Shown piece after piece: positions 45,453 through 58,784 of a DNA stretch of 64,000 nt. A program made the translations under genes and the position numbers. Numbering within the stretch: position 1 is the stretch's first letter; each line of letters starts with the position of its first letter. Below the pieces are notes generated by a model. It worked only from the letters and a program-made list of their open reading frames with translations, had not been told where the DNA came from and did no database searches. Source of the stretch: the human T2T-CHM13v2.0 reference genome, Homo sapiens; assembly GCF_009914755.1 (NCBI RefSeq), contig NC_060928.1; one strand, 5' to 3'.

Positions 45453-45839
45453 CTCTGTGGTTTTATCTACCTTTGGTCTTTGATGATGGTGACTAGCAAA
45501 TGGGGTTTTTGTCTCAGAGGGGTACCCGGCCATGTGAGGTGTCAGTCTCCTCCTACTGGGGGATGCCTCCCAGTTAGGCTGCTTGGGGGTCGGGGACTCA
45601 CTTGAGGAGACAGTTTGTCTATTCTGAGATCTCAAACTCCATGCTGGGAGAACCACTACTCTCTTCAAAGCTGTCAGACAGGGACATTTAAGTTGCAGAG
45701 GTTTCTGCTGCCTTTTGTTCAGCTATGCCCTGCCCCCAGAGGTGGAGTCTACAGAGGCAGGCAGGCCTCCTTGAGCTGTGGTGGTCTCCACCCAGTTCGA
45801 GCTTCCTGGCCACTTTTTTTACCTGCTCAAGCCTCAGCA

Positions 45840-46022
45840 ATGGTGGGCGCCCCTCCCCCAGCCTCACTGCCGCCTTGTAGTTCCATCTCAGACTGTTGCG
45901 CTAGCAATGAGAGAGGCTCCATGAGCATGGGACCCTCCAAGCCAGACATGGGATATAATCTCCTGGTGTGCCGTTTGCTAAGACCATTGGAAAAGCACAG
46001 TATTTGGGTGGGAATGACCTGA
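45840..46022 (+). pseudogene. L1 antisense ORF0, 60 codons, prematurely terminated
   Basis: Translates as MVGAPPPASLPPCSSISDCCASNERGS..., homologous to primate ORF0 (MAGAPPPASLPPC...). Ends at a CGA>TGA-type stop. Confidence 0.8.
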
Positions 46023-47260
46023 TTTTCCAGGTGCTGTCTGTCACAGCTTTGCTTGGCTAGGAAAGGGAATTCCCTGACCCCTTGTGCTTCCCAGGTGAGG
46101 TGATGCCTCCCCCTGCTTCGGCTCATGCTCAGTGTGCTGCACCCACTGTCTGGCAACCACTGTCCGATAAGCCCTAGTGAGATGAACCCGGTACCTCAGT
46201 TGGAAATGCAGAAATCACCCATCTTCTGTGTCGCTCATGCTGGGAACTGTAGACTGGAGCTGTTCCTATTCAGCCATCTTGGAACTGCCTCAATAGCTTT
46301 TAAGAGTGTGAAGAAGTCTTGAAACCAAAAAGATGACATAAAGGAACTTCAGTTGGGCAGGAGCCACGTTTCTACTCCAAGCCTTTAACTTACTTCAGCT
46401 GTCATTTAGAGAAGAAATAATATAGTGCTCATTGCTCTTGGTCTCACTATTTGAGTATTAAAAAGTAGTCCAAGTCACCAAGGGTGCAATGGTCAAGTTA
46501 GCAGAAGAAGACTCCACGTAGGGAACTAGCTGGAAACTCACCTTGTACTTCCCCACTCTGCCAACTCTCTCTTCTCTCGCAGATAATGAGTGGGCTCAGT
46601 TTAAAAGTCCTTTATGCCAATGCCGATGTGAGAAGAGTGTTTCCTAGGTTGTCTTCCAGGATTTTTATAGTTTGAGATCTTATATTTAAACCTTTAATCG
46701 ATTTTGAGCTGATCTTTGTATATGGTGAAAAGTAGAGATTCAACTTAAATCTTCTGCATATGGCCCGCCAGTTATCCCAGCACCATTTGTTGAATAGAGA
46801 GTCCTTTCCTCATTGTTTGATTTTGATGGCCTTGTCAAAGATCAGATGGTTTTAGGTGTGTGAATTTGCTTCTGAGTTTTCTATTCCATTCCACTGGTCT
46901 ATGTGTCTGTTTTTGTACCACTGCCAAGCTGTTTTAGTTACTGTGGCTTTATAGTGTAGTTTAAAGTCGAGTAGTGTGATGCCTCTAGCTTTGCTCTCTT
47001 GCTTAGGATTGCTTTGGATACTCAAAGCAAAAATAGACAAGTGGAACCTAATTAAACTAAGGAGCTTCTGCACAGCAAAAGAAACTATCAACAGAGCAGA
47101 CAGACAACCTACAGAATGGGAGAAGATGTTTGCAAACTATATATCCAACAAAGGCCTAATATCCAGAATCTATAGAGAACAAAGAAATTAACAAGTAAAA
47201 ATCAACCCCATTAAAAATGGGCAAAGGACATGAACAGACATTTCTCAAAAGATAACATGG

Positions 47261-47681
<421 letters not shown>

Positions 47682-47985
47682 TCAAAAAACATCAGATGTT
47701 GGTGAGGCTGTGGAGAAGAGGGAATGCTTATGTACCGCTAGTGGGAATGTAAATTAGTTCAGCCACTGTAGAAAGCAGACTGAAGATTTCTCAAAGAACT
47801 TGAAACAGAACTACCATTCAATCCAAAAATCACACTACAAGGTATATACCCAAAATAAAAGATTTTATTTTACCCAAAAGACACATGAACGCATATATTC
47901 ATAGCTGCACTATTCCCGATAGCAAAGACATGGAACTAATCCAGGTGCCCATCAATGGTAGATTGAATAAAGAAAATGTGGTACA

Positions 47986-48268
<283 letters not shown>

Positions 48269-48632
48269 CTATATAGCCATAAAAAGAATGAAATCATGTC
48301 CTTTGCAGCAACATGGATGGAACTAGAGGCCATGATCCTAAGCAAATTAACACCAGAACAGAAAACCAAATACTGCATCTTCTCAATAATAATTGGGAGC
48401 TAAACATCGAGCACACATGTACATAAATATGGAACAATAGACTCTGGGGACTACTAGAAGGTGGAGGGAGGGGAGGAGTGGGCTAAAAACTATCTCTTGG
48501 GTACTGTGCTCACTACTTGGGTGATGAGATCTGTATTTTAAACCTCAGCATTACACACTATTCCCATGTAACAAATCCACAGATGATCTCCTGTATCTGA
48601 AATAAATGTTAATTTTTTTAAAAAATAAGCCC

Positions 48633-48952
48633 AGGCCTGTAATGCCAGCACTTTGGGAGGCCGAGGCGGGCCGATCGTGAGGTCAGGAGATTGAGACCAT
48701 CATGGCGAACACGGTGAAAACCCATCTCTACTAAAAAAAAAAAAAAGAAAAGAAAGTACAGGAAAATTAGCCAGGGATGGTGGCGGGCACCTGTAGTTTC
48801 AGCTACTAGGGAGGATGAGGCTGGAGAATGGCATGAATCCGGGGGGTGGAGCTTGCAGTGAGCGGACATCGCGCCACTGCACCCCAGCCTGGGCAACAGA
48901 GTGAGACTTCATCTCAAAAAAATAAAAAATAAAATAAAAATAAAAATAAATA
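48633..48952 (+). mobile_element. 5'-truncated Alu (AluY-like) in the L1 tail
   Basis: gagaatggcatgaatccggggggtggagcttgcagtgag diagnostics; TSD aaaaataagccc (48621-48632 / 48953-48964). Confidence 0.95.
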
Positions 48953-50435
48953 AAAAATAAGCCCTGTATGGAAGTGAAATTATCAAGCAGCTGACCCATA
49001 GCACGTGGAACGCTACTATGAAATAAGTCCCGGATATCACCTTTTTTAGACAGTTACTAGTCCAAAAGGATTTACACCATGAATTTCCACAATAGACTAC
49101 TTTCCCCTGGATCCCCCACCCCTGAAACAGTACCTTGTCCCCTGAAGTAGTTTCTCTGAACTGGACCTATACCTAGCATTTTTACAAATGTTTTATTGCG
49201 AAATATTTGAACCATTTCATGTAATCGTTATTTTAAGAAAAAAATGTCCTAGAAGCTTCCCCGCCAGACCAGCCCTATCTATAAGCAATGACTTTCAAGT
49301 TCTGAGTATAAGCAATACCCAAGGGTTTGTTGGAAGAAACATTTCTATTATTGTTAATGATGAAAATGTTTGGCTAGGGAGTATATCCATTTTCCTCTTT
49401 GTCATTTATAATCAATTACTCATAGTAACCCTAAGTGGAGAGTATATTTTTATGGCAGTTGTGCTTCAGAAAGAGAAGAGATATTCTGAGTGATTGGTTA
49501 TTAAGTTTCGTCTATCTATAACCTTCAAGGCAAGGCAACTGGAAAAGTGGGAGGTATATTTTCAAAAATCATTTAGTTTCTCTGTCAAATTATTTTGACT
49601 GTATCTTAAAATAAATGGAATAAAAACCTGGAAAATGTGTTAGTACTAGACCTTAGAAACACAAAGTGATAATATGCCAGATATATGTGTAATGCATATT
49701 AAAGTGTGATAGATTGATTTTAAAAATTTGATCTCTTTTAGATGACAATGTTTTCTTTTGGAGCTGTGCCTGAGGAAAGTGCAGAAACTTAAAACTACCT
49801 TTTTACATATTTTTAAGAAAATTAAAGGGAAAACATTTGAAAAGTAATGCATCTCACTTGTTTTATTGGTTTGATATCTCAAGCTCTTGAACTCAAGAAA
49901 TCAATTAAAAAACATTTATTTGTGGAGAAAGGACAAGCAATAACACATGCGAATGATATAGAGCACTGGAAATAAGTGAAATCGGAAAAGAAAGGGAGAA
50001 AAAAATAGAGGCAAAACTTAACAACATGCTACCTAGTGATGAAGATGTTTCATGTTGTTTGAAGATGAAGGAGATGGAGCACATCCTCATTATTGGTCAC
50101 AAATTTTTTCTGGAGTTTTTTTGTATGAAAGTTGATAACAAGAAAACTTTAAAAATTGAGTGTTGAATCAGTGTGGTGAAAGCTGACTTTAGTTGAAAAG
50201 AGATTGAAATGTGAGGACAGATGTCCTTGTTATTAACACCCCGGGGGAGGGGGCTGGGTGTAGAATGCTGATTTCAATATGATTTCTGTTAAAAAACAAA
50301 ACCACAAACTTTGTCATATAGAAACAGGGCCTGGAAGAAGAAACACTCTAAACATTTGAATGTTATCTTTATTAATAATATTGCTGGTTTTGGAGAATTA
50401 GTCTTATTTCTATAAGAACTTTACTTTTTAACATT

Positions 50436-50472
50436 ATGCATGCGTGTTTGTGTGCGTGTGTGTGTGTGTGCA
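50436..50472. repeat. (TG)n microsatellite
   Basis: Directly visible. Confidence 0.85.
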
Positions 50473-50625
50473 TGTTCTTTTTTTTCTATATGTCAGTACT
50501 AGTTGCAAACATGGAATCTGACAATGGTTGATTATCACCAAATTCAATTAAAGGCTTTTACACCAAACACAAGTCCCTGTTATAACCTGAAACAAATTGA
50601 AATAGCAAACCAAAGAAATATTTGT

Positions 50626-50899
50626 TGGCTCACGCCTGTAATCCCAGCACTTTGGGAGGCCGAGGCGGGTGGATCACGAGGTCAGGAGTTTGAGACCAGC
50701 CTGACCAACATGGTGAAACCCCGTTTCTACTAAAAATACAAAAATTAGTGGGGCGTAGTGGTGTGCACCTGTATTCCCAGCTACTCAGGAGGCTGAGGCA
50801 GGGGAATCGCTTCAGGAAGTGGAGGTTGCAGTGAGCTGAGATCACACCACTGCACTCCAGCCTGGGTAACAGAGCAAGACTCGGTCTCAAAAAAATAAA
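50626..50899 (+). mobile_element. 5'-truncated Alu (AluSg-like)
   Basis: Starts tggctcacgcctgtaatccc; TSD aaagaaatatttgt (50612-50625 / 50900-50913). Confidence 0.96.
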
Positions 50900-51779
50900 A
50901 AAGAAATATTTGTATAATAATAAAAGTGCTTGTATTGTGTCCTTACGGAAATATAATCCTGCGAAGAGTTAACAATATGTGACATAATTCAATGGATCCA
51001 TTAGTAAGACTAAAATATACCCCATAACTTTAGGAAAGCAGTTTCCAAAAGCTTGGAGCAAATGTTGGAAGGTGTCTTTGGACAGATATAATAAATAGGA
51101 ATGAAGGGCTCCTAAACAAGAATCTTGACTGTAGCATCATAGATGATCTCATAAAGGAAGTTGAGGAAAGATCGAAAAGGATTACTGTGTCTGTTTAGAG
51201 AGCTCTTTGAGCTCAGACATAAAAGATCACATACAAAAGAGGCACATGACCAAGGACAAGCACAAAAGAGTGGCACATATATAAAGAGTAGGGTCAGCAA
51301 GGCTAAAAGTCCAGAAAGACTGAGAAATGCTAATGACCACAAAAGTCCTAAAAACTACATGTGGAGCAAGCTAAGAAACAAGAAAGAGACTGACTCAAAC
51401 TCAGAAAAACTAACATGATGTTAAAAGATGGCAGAGAAAAAGCAAAACTTTATAATTCCTTCTCTCCTTCTTTATTCTTTACCAAACACTAAACTTGTTT
51501 ATTTGGCATCAATTTAATGAGCATAGACAGAGTTATTTCAGAGAATAAGTGAAATGATTTATGTACTGGTGCTGCTCTAACTTATAAAATTACTATGAAG
51601 ATGTGAATTTCTGTGACTAAATAACTCTATCTGAGGATTTTCACATGTGCAAATGCTTAGACTCATCACACACATTGAAGAGTAATACTTGTTGCTCATC
51701 CCGCGGAGAATGCTTTCATAAACAGTGTCACAGACATCGCACCATTTGTCCACCAATATGTCCTTTTAGCTTTTAGTTT

Positions 51780-52100
51780 TATCTTCAACACAGACCCACA
51801 TTTGGACTACTTTGCCACATGCCAATTTTTACCACTTCTCACTATGTCCACTGCTAACATCCTAGTCCCAAATAACATTGTCTTTCACCGGAACCATCTC
51901 CTAGCTTAATTTTTCTCACCCCTGCTTACTTCTGCAGCTTCTCACTCTTTCCCAACCCCTGTTCTATTTCTCTCTCTCTCTGTCTCTCTCTTTCACATAT
52001 CCACATGAATGCACACAGACACACCCACACACACCCAGACACACACACCCTTATATTTTTCTATTCTCCACATAGCAAATCAGGATGATAATTTTAAAAC
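51780..52100 (+). mobile_element. L2 fragment containing (CT)n/(CA)n tract
   Basis: accacttctcactatgtccactgctaacatcctagtccca and tctattctccacatagca. Confidence 0.65.
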
Positions 52101-53049
52101 AAAAAGCAGATTTAAGGAGGCACTCCCTCTCACTTTCATGCAAGTGTCCACAAAACTTCCAGAACCATTGGAAACATCCAGAACATCCAGTGGGACGTAT
52201 AGACATAGGCAGGATAAAATGTTAAAATGTCGCCAGCTATCATGTTCTTTCCTAGTGCTCCCATGGCTGGTCCTTGGCACTCTGCCTCTCTGAGATCTCG
52301 TTTAACTTCTCTGTCTTTTGCTTTATGTTTTCTACCGACACTGATACCAGTGACTCACCACAGGATCAGCGGGCCTTGTTGCACTGTAGTCTCCTAATTT
52401 CACCTTGCTATGAAGGTATGGTGAATTTCAATATGGTCTTCCTCATTCAAAAACTGCATGTGCTAAACAACAGCTAACATCATGATACATCACCATGGCT
52501 TCCATTTTGTAGTTCAGATAAGCTTATGGTTAATATTACTCTAGTAATGTTGTATGCAACCGGTTTGATGAAAAGGCATAACTTATGCAATATGATCAAA
52601 GCAAGATTTATTTTTATCTCTCACTACCCCTTTAAATTCCTGGATGAAAATATGGTCAAGTTCCCTGGCTTTTCTTGTCCATCTTGAGTAATAGTTAGTC
52701 TTACAATCTCTTTGATTATTCACATTAAAAATTAGAATCTTCCAAGCTGTTCTGAGGCTTAAAGAAAAAGAAATTAGAATGCCCTGCCCTTGATAATAAA
52801 ACCCTGAATTTGATTCAAAGTCAAATCCTTTACACTCCCCCAATCAGGCCGACATGGGCAGGTCATTTACAATAGGAAAGGAAGGCAGCCCTTTTCTTTT
52901 TCCCTCCTCAGTCCTTCTACTCTAGCTGAGTAAAGATAGTTTCAGACTCCTCGGGGATGGAAACATGGGGAGACGAGAGAGGAAAGGAAGGTGTGGTGGT
53001 GGTTTCCAAACACGAACACAAATCCTTTGCTGTTCTCCTTCAGAGGCAG

Positions 53050-53710
53050 GATATGTGTGCCAGTACCTTAGGATCTTGGTGGACTTGTGACTGTTTTTCC
53101 CAAGAGGGCATAGTGGAAGTGACATCATGGGACTCGTGAGGCTAGGTCATAAGAGGCTGTGCTGTGTCTTCTTGGTGCTCTTGGGATAGATTATTCTGTT
53201 AGAATGCTGTCTCTCAGAATACAGTCATCATGAGGAGAAAAACCCAAGGTACATGAAAAGGTTGACTGTAATTGCTTCACTTAAGTGTCCTAGCTAAACC
53301 CAGCTTTTGAGCAGCCTGATGAGACCCCAGGACCAGGACTATGTCCAGGAAAGTGAGGCACTAAAGGCACACAATTTAGGGTGACATTCACTTTTAGAGT
53401 CTTCCAAGTGTAGCGTCGACCCTTGCATGAAAGTCAGAGGGAGTGCCTCCTTAAATTTTGCACCCTGGGCATCCTACTTGCTTTATCCTGGTCTGGTCTT
53501 GCCCAGCTCCTATCTGTTTGAAATACCCTGAGTCATTCCAGTTTTCCTGGATGAAGGTCCAGATACCATGGAGCAAAAATGCCATCCTCACTATGCACTG
53601 CTGGAATATCCAACTCACAGAATCCATGAACATAATAAAACTCATGTTGTGTTACGTTGCTAAATTCAGGGTGTTTATCTATCTATCACGCAGTAATAGA
53701 TAATTACACA
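53050..53710 (+). mobile_element. MLT1H/F-like LTR interrupted by MER91
   Basis: ggaagtgacatcatggga...gctaggtcataagagg; end ctcacagaatccatgaacataataaaa...cagtaatagataattaca. Confidence 0.7.
53328..53501 (+). mobile_element. MER91A-like hAT-Tip100 MITE
   Basis: caggaccaggact...gtgaggcact...gagtgcctccttaaattttgcaccctggg...cctggtctggtcttg, quasi-palindromic. Confidence 0.75.
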
Positions 53711-54628
53711 GGGCAAGGATTTTCTTACTTGTACTGGACTTGAACTTGTTAGTTCAGGTATTTTTGTGGTCTCTGGGCCTGGTAAATGTTTAATATTGAC
53801 TCTTGCTCTCAGTCATTTTTAGAAGTTCCCTTTTGATACTTTCTAGGGGCAACTCCTATGACCCAAGAAGAGGGTGGGATCCACAACATAGTCATCTCCA
53901 AAAAGTTTTTCTCACAAATGTCCCTCTTCCCTGGTTTCCTCTCTTGACTCTTTTCTTAAAGTGGGTGAAAGGCTCCAGAGTGAAGAGCACAAGAGTCGAG
54001 AAACATGCTCCAAACATTTCCCTGTAAATTCAACTCTGGCAAATTTGCTCACACTCGCTTTGCTGCCCAATTGCTGGCACTTTTTGTTGAAACATAGAGT
54101 CTTATTTTAATATTCTATTAAATGGGATATAATTTGTTAATTTTATTTTGCTAATAAATTCATTTAATAGCTTTATAATTGGTAATCTTGTATTTATAGA
54201 ATCATTATTGATTTGCAGGAATCATATAGAATGTTCAATTATGTTTGACTTGAATTTTTTCTATAGTTATATCTGATAATTTGAGGATCTGTGAAGGACT
54301 GAGTAGCATTTCTTGCAAATCTCAAGGACTTTCTGTATATCTAGGGGCAGATAAGAAAGCAATGATAGTGAAAAAACTGCTGTCTCTTCTATTTATGGTC
54401 TGGATTGCCTAGCAGTGCCATTCAAGGTGAGGAGCGTCAAGGTCAAGATGGACTATTTATTAATGTGGTGAGTGTTTTACAGTTAGGAGCATTCTTGTTG
54501 TCACCTCCATTTTTAACTGCTTAGAGCCTGCCTCAGTAGCTATAATGAACCGTTTCTGGCTCAGTGCCTGGAACATAATAGTTGCTCAATACTTATTTGT
54601 TTAATGGTTATGAGTGAGAGTTGTAGAG

Positions 54629-54851
54629 CAGAGGTTGGCAAACTTTTCTTCTAAAGGTCAGATGGTAAATATTTTAGGTACACGTTTTAGAAATCAAATA
54701 TTTGGTTTCTGTTACAAATACTTAACTCTGTTGAGGTAGTGTGGAAACAGACACAGACAATATGTAAATGAATGGGCATGGCTGTGCTCCTATAAAATTT
54801 TATTTACAAATCAGGTGGTAGGCCAGATTTGGCCCATGGGCCAACCCCTTG
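54629..54851 (+). mobile_element. MER58A hAT-Charlie element
   Basis: cagaggttggcaaacttttc...aaaggtcagatggtaaatattttagg...ggccagatttggcccatggg; TSD-like ttgtagag/ctttagag. Confidence 0.9.
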
Positions 54852-55168
54852 CTTTAGAGTCAGACAAATCTAGGCTTTGAAACTAGCTCTATTGCATGCC
54901 AGCCATAGGACTTTTAGAAGGTCATGTAATTTATCTGTGCATAGGTTTCCTTATTTGTAAAATGACAGTAGTTATTTATTTTTCACTGTTGTTATAAGGA
55001 TCGTATGATATATGCCATTTCTATGGCTGGCATGCAATAGAGCTAGTTTCAAAGCCTAGATTTGCCTGACTCTAAAGCAGGGGTTGGCCCATGGGCCAAA
55101 TCTGGCCTACCACCTGTTTTGTAAATAAAATTTTATAGGAGCACACCCTTGCCCATTCATTTATATAT
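54760..55168. repeat. Fold-back inverted duplication: arms 54760-54908 and 55021-55168, 112-bp spacer
   Basis: Arms differ at 5 substitutions and one 1-nt indel by hand alignment. Confidence 0.97.
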
Positions 55169-55209
55169 ATATATGAATATATTTATGTGTGTATATATGA
55201 ATATATTTA

Positions 55210-55242
<33 letters not shown>

Positions 55243-55310
55243 GAGGCAGTTAGCATATTATCTAGGATATCTTAAGCATTCAGGAAAGTGGTTGTAGCTA
55301 TCATTATTTC
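54852..55310 (+). mobile_element. MIR SINE interrupted by an inverted local copy and a microsatellite (55021-55242)
   Basis: ctttagagtcagacaaatctagg...tttccttatttgtaaaatg...gttataaggat; resumes with ttagcatattatct...tagctatcattatt. Confidence 0.7.
55162..55242. repeat. Compound (TA)n/(TG)n microsatellite
   Basis: Directly visible; includes a duplicated atatatgaatatatttatgtgtgt unit. Confidence 0.95.
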
Positions 55311-55821
55311 TATGCTTCCTCAAACCCATGAAGTATTGGCAATTTCTTTAGATTAGGTTCCTAGAATTAGTCTCACTGTAGCATTGCAACAGGGGAAGCT
55401 CTTCTGCAAAATGATGGTCCACTTTAATTATCTCTATCCTTGATTTTTCAGGATGCATTATCCTGAAGTTTCACTAGCTGCCCTCACCCCTCTAGGAATG
55501 TTTATTAAATTTTCTACTCCTTCCTGCCATTTATCGAGTTTACTTCTTTGTAATAAGAGTTTTCTTATTGTGCTTTTCACATGAAACTCTTAATTCCTGA
55601 ATTCATTCCCTAACTTCTGCCTAAATTGTATTTTGAAAGTATACTATGATGTTACCTTTGTAATTAAGAAACATTTGATTATTCCTAGATGACTACAGAA
55701 AAAAGTGTAAATTTCTTAGCCTGTCATTCAAGATGCTACCTCTTATCCAATCTGCTTTTCCAGCTCTATCTCTCAATTTTACTCCTAATGTAATCTGTAT
55801 TTTGCCCCTGTAAGATATTAA

Positions 55822-56134
55822 TTTTTGTCTTTTGTTTATTTATTTTTTCGAGACAGGGTTTTGCTGTGTCACTCAGACTGGAGTGCAGTGGCACAATCAC
55901 AGCTCACTGCAGTCTCAATCATCTGGGCTCAAAAGATCCTCCCACATCAGCCCCTGAGTAGCTGGGACTACAGGCATGTGCCACCATGCTTTCCTATATC
56001 TTTTTTACTTTTTTTAGAGATGGGGTCTCACTATGTTGCCCAGGCTGGTCTCAAACTCCTAGGCTCAAGCAATCCTCCTGCCTTGGCCTCCCAAAGTGCT
56101 GGGATTATACAGGTGTGAGCCACTGTGCCTAGCC
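55822..56134 (-). mobile_element. Old Alu (AluJ-type) within an L2 relic
   Basis: gctcactgcagtctc...ggtctcactatgttgcccaggctgg...ggctcaagcaatcctcc; TSD ttttgtctttt. Confidence 0.95.
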
Positions 56135-56609
56135 ACTTTTGTCTTTTTATCCTGAAAAGTGTCATGTTTTGCTCTTGTGCTTTTTATAATTATTTATATT
56201 TATATTATGATTAGTTGTTCAGAAATCTTTCTCTCCAGCTAAATTGTGAGGTTCTTGTTCTTGACAGTAGGGCTATCTCCTAAATATTTAAATTAATGAA
56301 AAAAATTTTTTGGACAGTCAAAAATGTAAAATGGAATGGTTTTTTGCAATAACCTCCTTGGGAAAAGGCATGTTAAACACTGTAACTGTCCTCATGATCG
56401 TCTCTTTTAGTACCTTATTTTCCAAAGACAGAGTTGAATCCTGAGTCATTCTGAAAAACAGGGAATTTTATATGAGAAAAAAAAGCATACCATACATAGG
56501 TTAAGCTGTGACATCTACAAATCTTTTAACCATTCACCCCACACAGGTGGAATTTTTATTTCTATTTACTATGTTATGTGTAAATCTCTATTACAATAAT
56601 TCTCAGATT

Positions 56610-56765
56610 TCATTGTAATTATTGTTGACTTATTTTTCCCTATTAGATTTGGAAATCCTTAAGGGTCAGAACCATGTTTTATTATCTTAGTATAGCATCT
56701 AGTAGGCACTCAAAAAGTTTGTTGCATAGATAGATGAATGAATGAATGAATGAATGAGTGAATGG
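56610..56765 (+). mobile_element. L2 3' end with (GAAT)n tail
   Basis: agtaggcactcaaaaagtttgttg...gaatgaatgaatgaatgaatg. Confidence 0.8.
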
Positions 56766-58784
56766 TTACATCTTCACCCAACATCTCTTTTAATTAAATA
56801 TATTAAAGCCACACTGTTTTAGTTAATATGTTGAAAATTCTTTCTGCTTCTAAGTGTGAAGTGAGAATAAAAGCTATTTTAGATGACAAACGTCTTCAAA
56901 CATTGCTTCATACTATGAATAGCTTTTAAAAGTCCTGAAAACTAAACAAAAAAGCAATTAAGGGGAACAAATTGACATGAAGCTTTGAATTTCTAAGAAA
57001 ATAATGGGAGAACTATTTTATATGTGTAGATGTTTAAGGCATAAATGTTGGTGTCAGTAGCTTGTCACCACTCTGCTCAATTTGGAGCACTTGCAATGTT
57101 GAGAAGTACAAGATGTTAGGAAACAGTAGATGGACAGATGAACTACTGATATGTTGTTTTAGAATGATGTTCTCAGATTAGCTGAATGTGATAGTTTAAT
57201 TATGATTAGGCTTGTTCACTTCACATTTGACAGAAGTAACATATGCTTGAAAATGTCAATTCAAAATCTACTTGCCTTTTTTTCTGCAAAAATGCTGAAT
57301 GTTAATGTTCTATGCATTTTAGTCCATAAAGTATTATTTTTGGCTGCAACTGTTATTAAAAAATATAACTTATTTTGCTTCAAGTGTATTCTAGCCTTCA
57401 ATTCATGTCATCACTCTAGTAAGTCTGTTCTTCCTTAAGAAAATTGCAGACACACTGTGATTAAAATGCTATCATCAGTTAAATAATTTTAAATATTTAT
57501 AATATTTTTTAGGATAGAAATATCAATAGATATGCTTTTATGGCATTTGTGTTAAAGATTTGAAACAACTCAATAACAAAACATTTTGTTATCTCTCCTT
57601 TGTTCTTTATAGGAGATTATTTTTTCCTAAGTTTAGGAAGTTAGGCTTTCTAAGTGAAAAGGTTTTAGCAGTTCTTGAGTCTTTAGGGGCAGCATATAAT
57701 TTATTCTAGGCAATATGTGATGTTAAAAAAATTCAAAACAATTACAGAAAAATATGGCATTTTGGATATTGATAAAATAATAACAACAACAAATCCCCAC
57801 AATACGTACAAATTCCAAATTTCTTTGATGAACATGTTGGAGATATTTCAATACACTATTTTTGTATAAGGACCCAGTTGTATGATTATTAGTGCAGGTA
57901 AACAAAGCAGAAATCCACACCTGGATTTTATATGAAAACTCATTGCACACCTGCCAATTAGGGCTTTGCTGAATTGCGTGCTGTTGTCTTGTGATGAAGC
58001 TGCATCAAGAGCATTGAAAACATCATACATTCTCTAAAAAAAAAAAAAGACCTCAGTCACGGTCTTTGAGGTAGAACCAGGGAGATCAAGGAACTAAAAT
58101 TCCGAGTCAAGGACTGAGGTTGAGATAATTAAAAAGTGGAAGAGAAGAGAATGCAGTCTCTTAGCAGAGACTGCGTGTACTGACACAGTGCTTTTCTTTG
58201 TCAAAGCACCACATAGACACTTAACTTTTTGATCCTTACCCTGTCTTTAAAAACTAATTGTTATTTTCCTTTTTAAGAATGGTGACTAAATAATGTATGA
58301 TACTAAGTTAATTTCCAAGGCTTCTTCAGGGGTCAATGAAAGCCACAGAACTATAGGTTAGACACCTAAAACTTCTAATATTAGGCCCCAGTACTTTCTC
58401 TTAAAAAGTCCCTATAAAAATAACAAAAATTACCTCTTTTTCAATAAAATGGCGTAAGCTTTTCTCAAATTGTCTCAATGTTTTTTAGAGAAGTCATAAA
58501 AATGTTTGTTTCAAGTGTGTAGATAAAATATTATATTAATTGTTTGTAAAGACCTGCAAATAAATTATAGCTGAACTTCAAAAAAATCATAAACTTTAAG
58601 GTTGGCTAAGGACAAAGTTGTGAAAGGTATAATTTTCTGCAGTGTCTTCCCACATCTCTCCCCACCTCCCTTCTCTCTCTTTTTCTTTAGCAATTCTCTC
58701 CCTATAGGTCAGGATCTCTGCCCTAGTAACTCCTGATCTTATGCTGTGTGTTCAAGAACTTCTACTGCTAAGCCATGCATAGTA

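Noticed and set aside
57990-58050. A-run at 58036-58048 as a processed pseudogene tail
   Set aside because: No upstream polyadenylation signal at the right distance, no TSD and no coding similarity.
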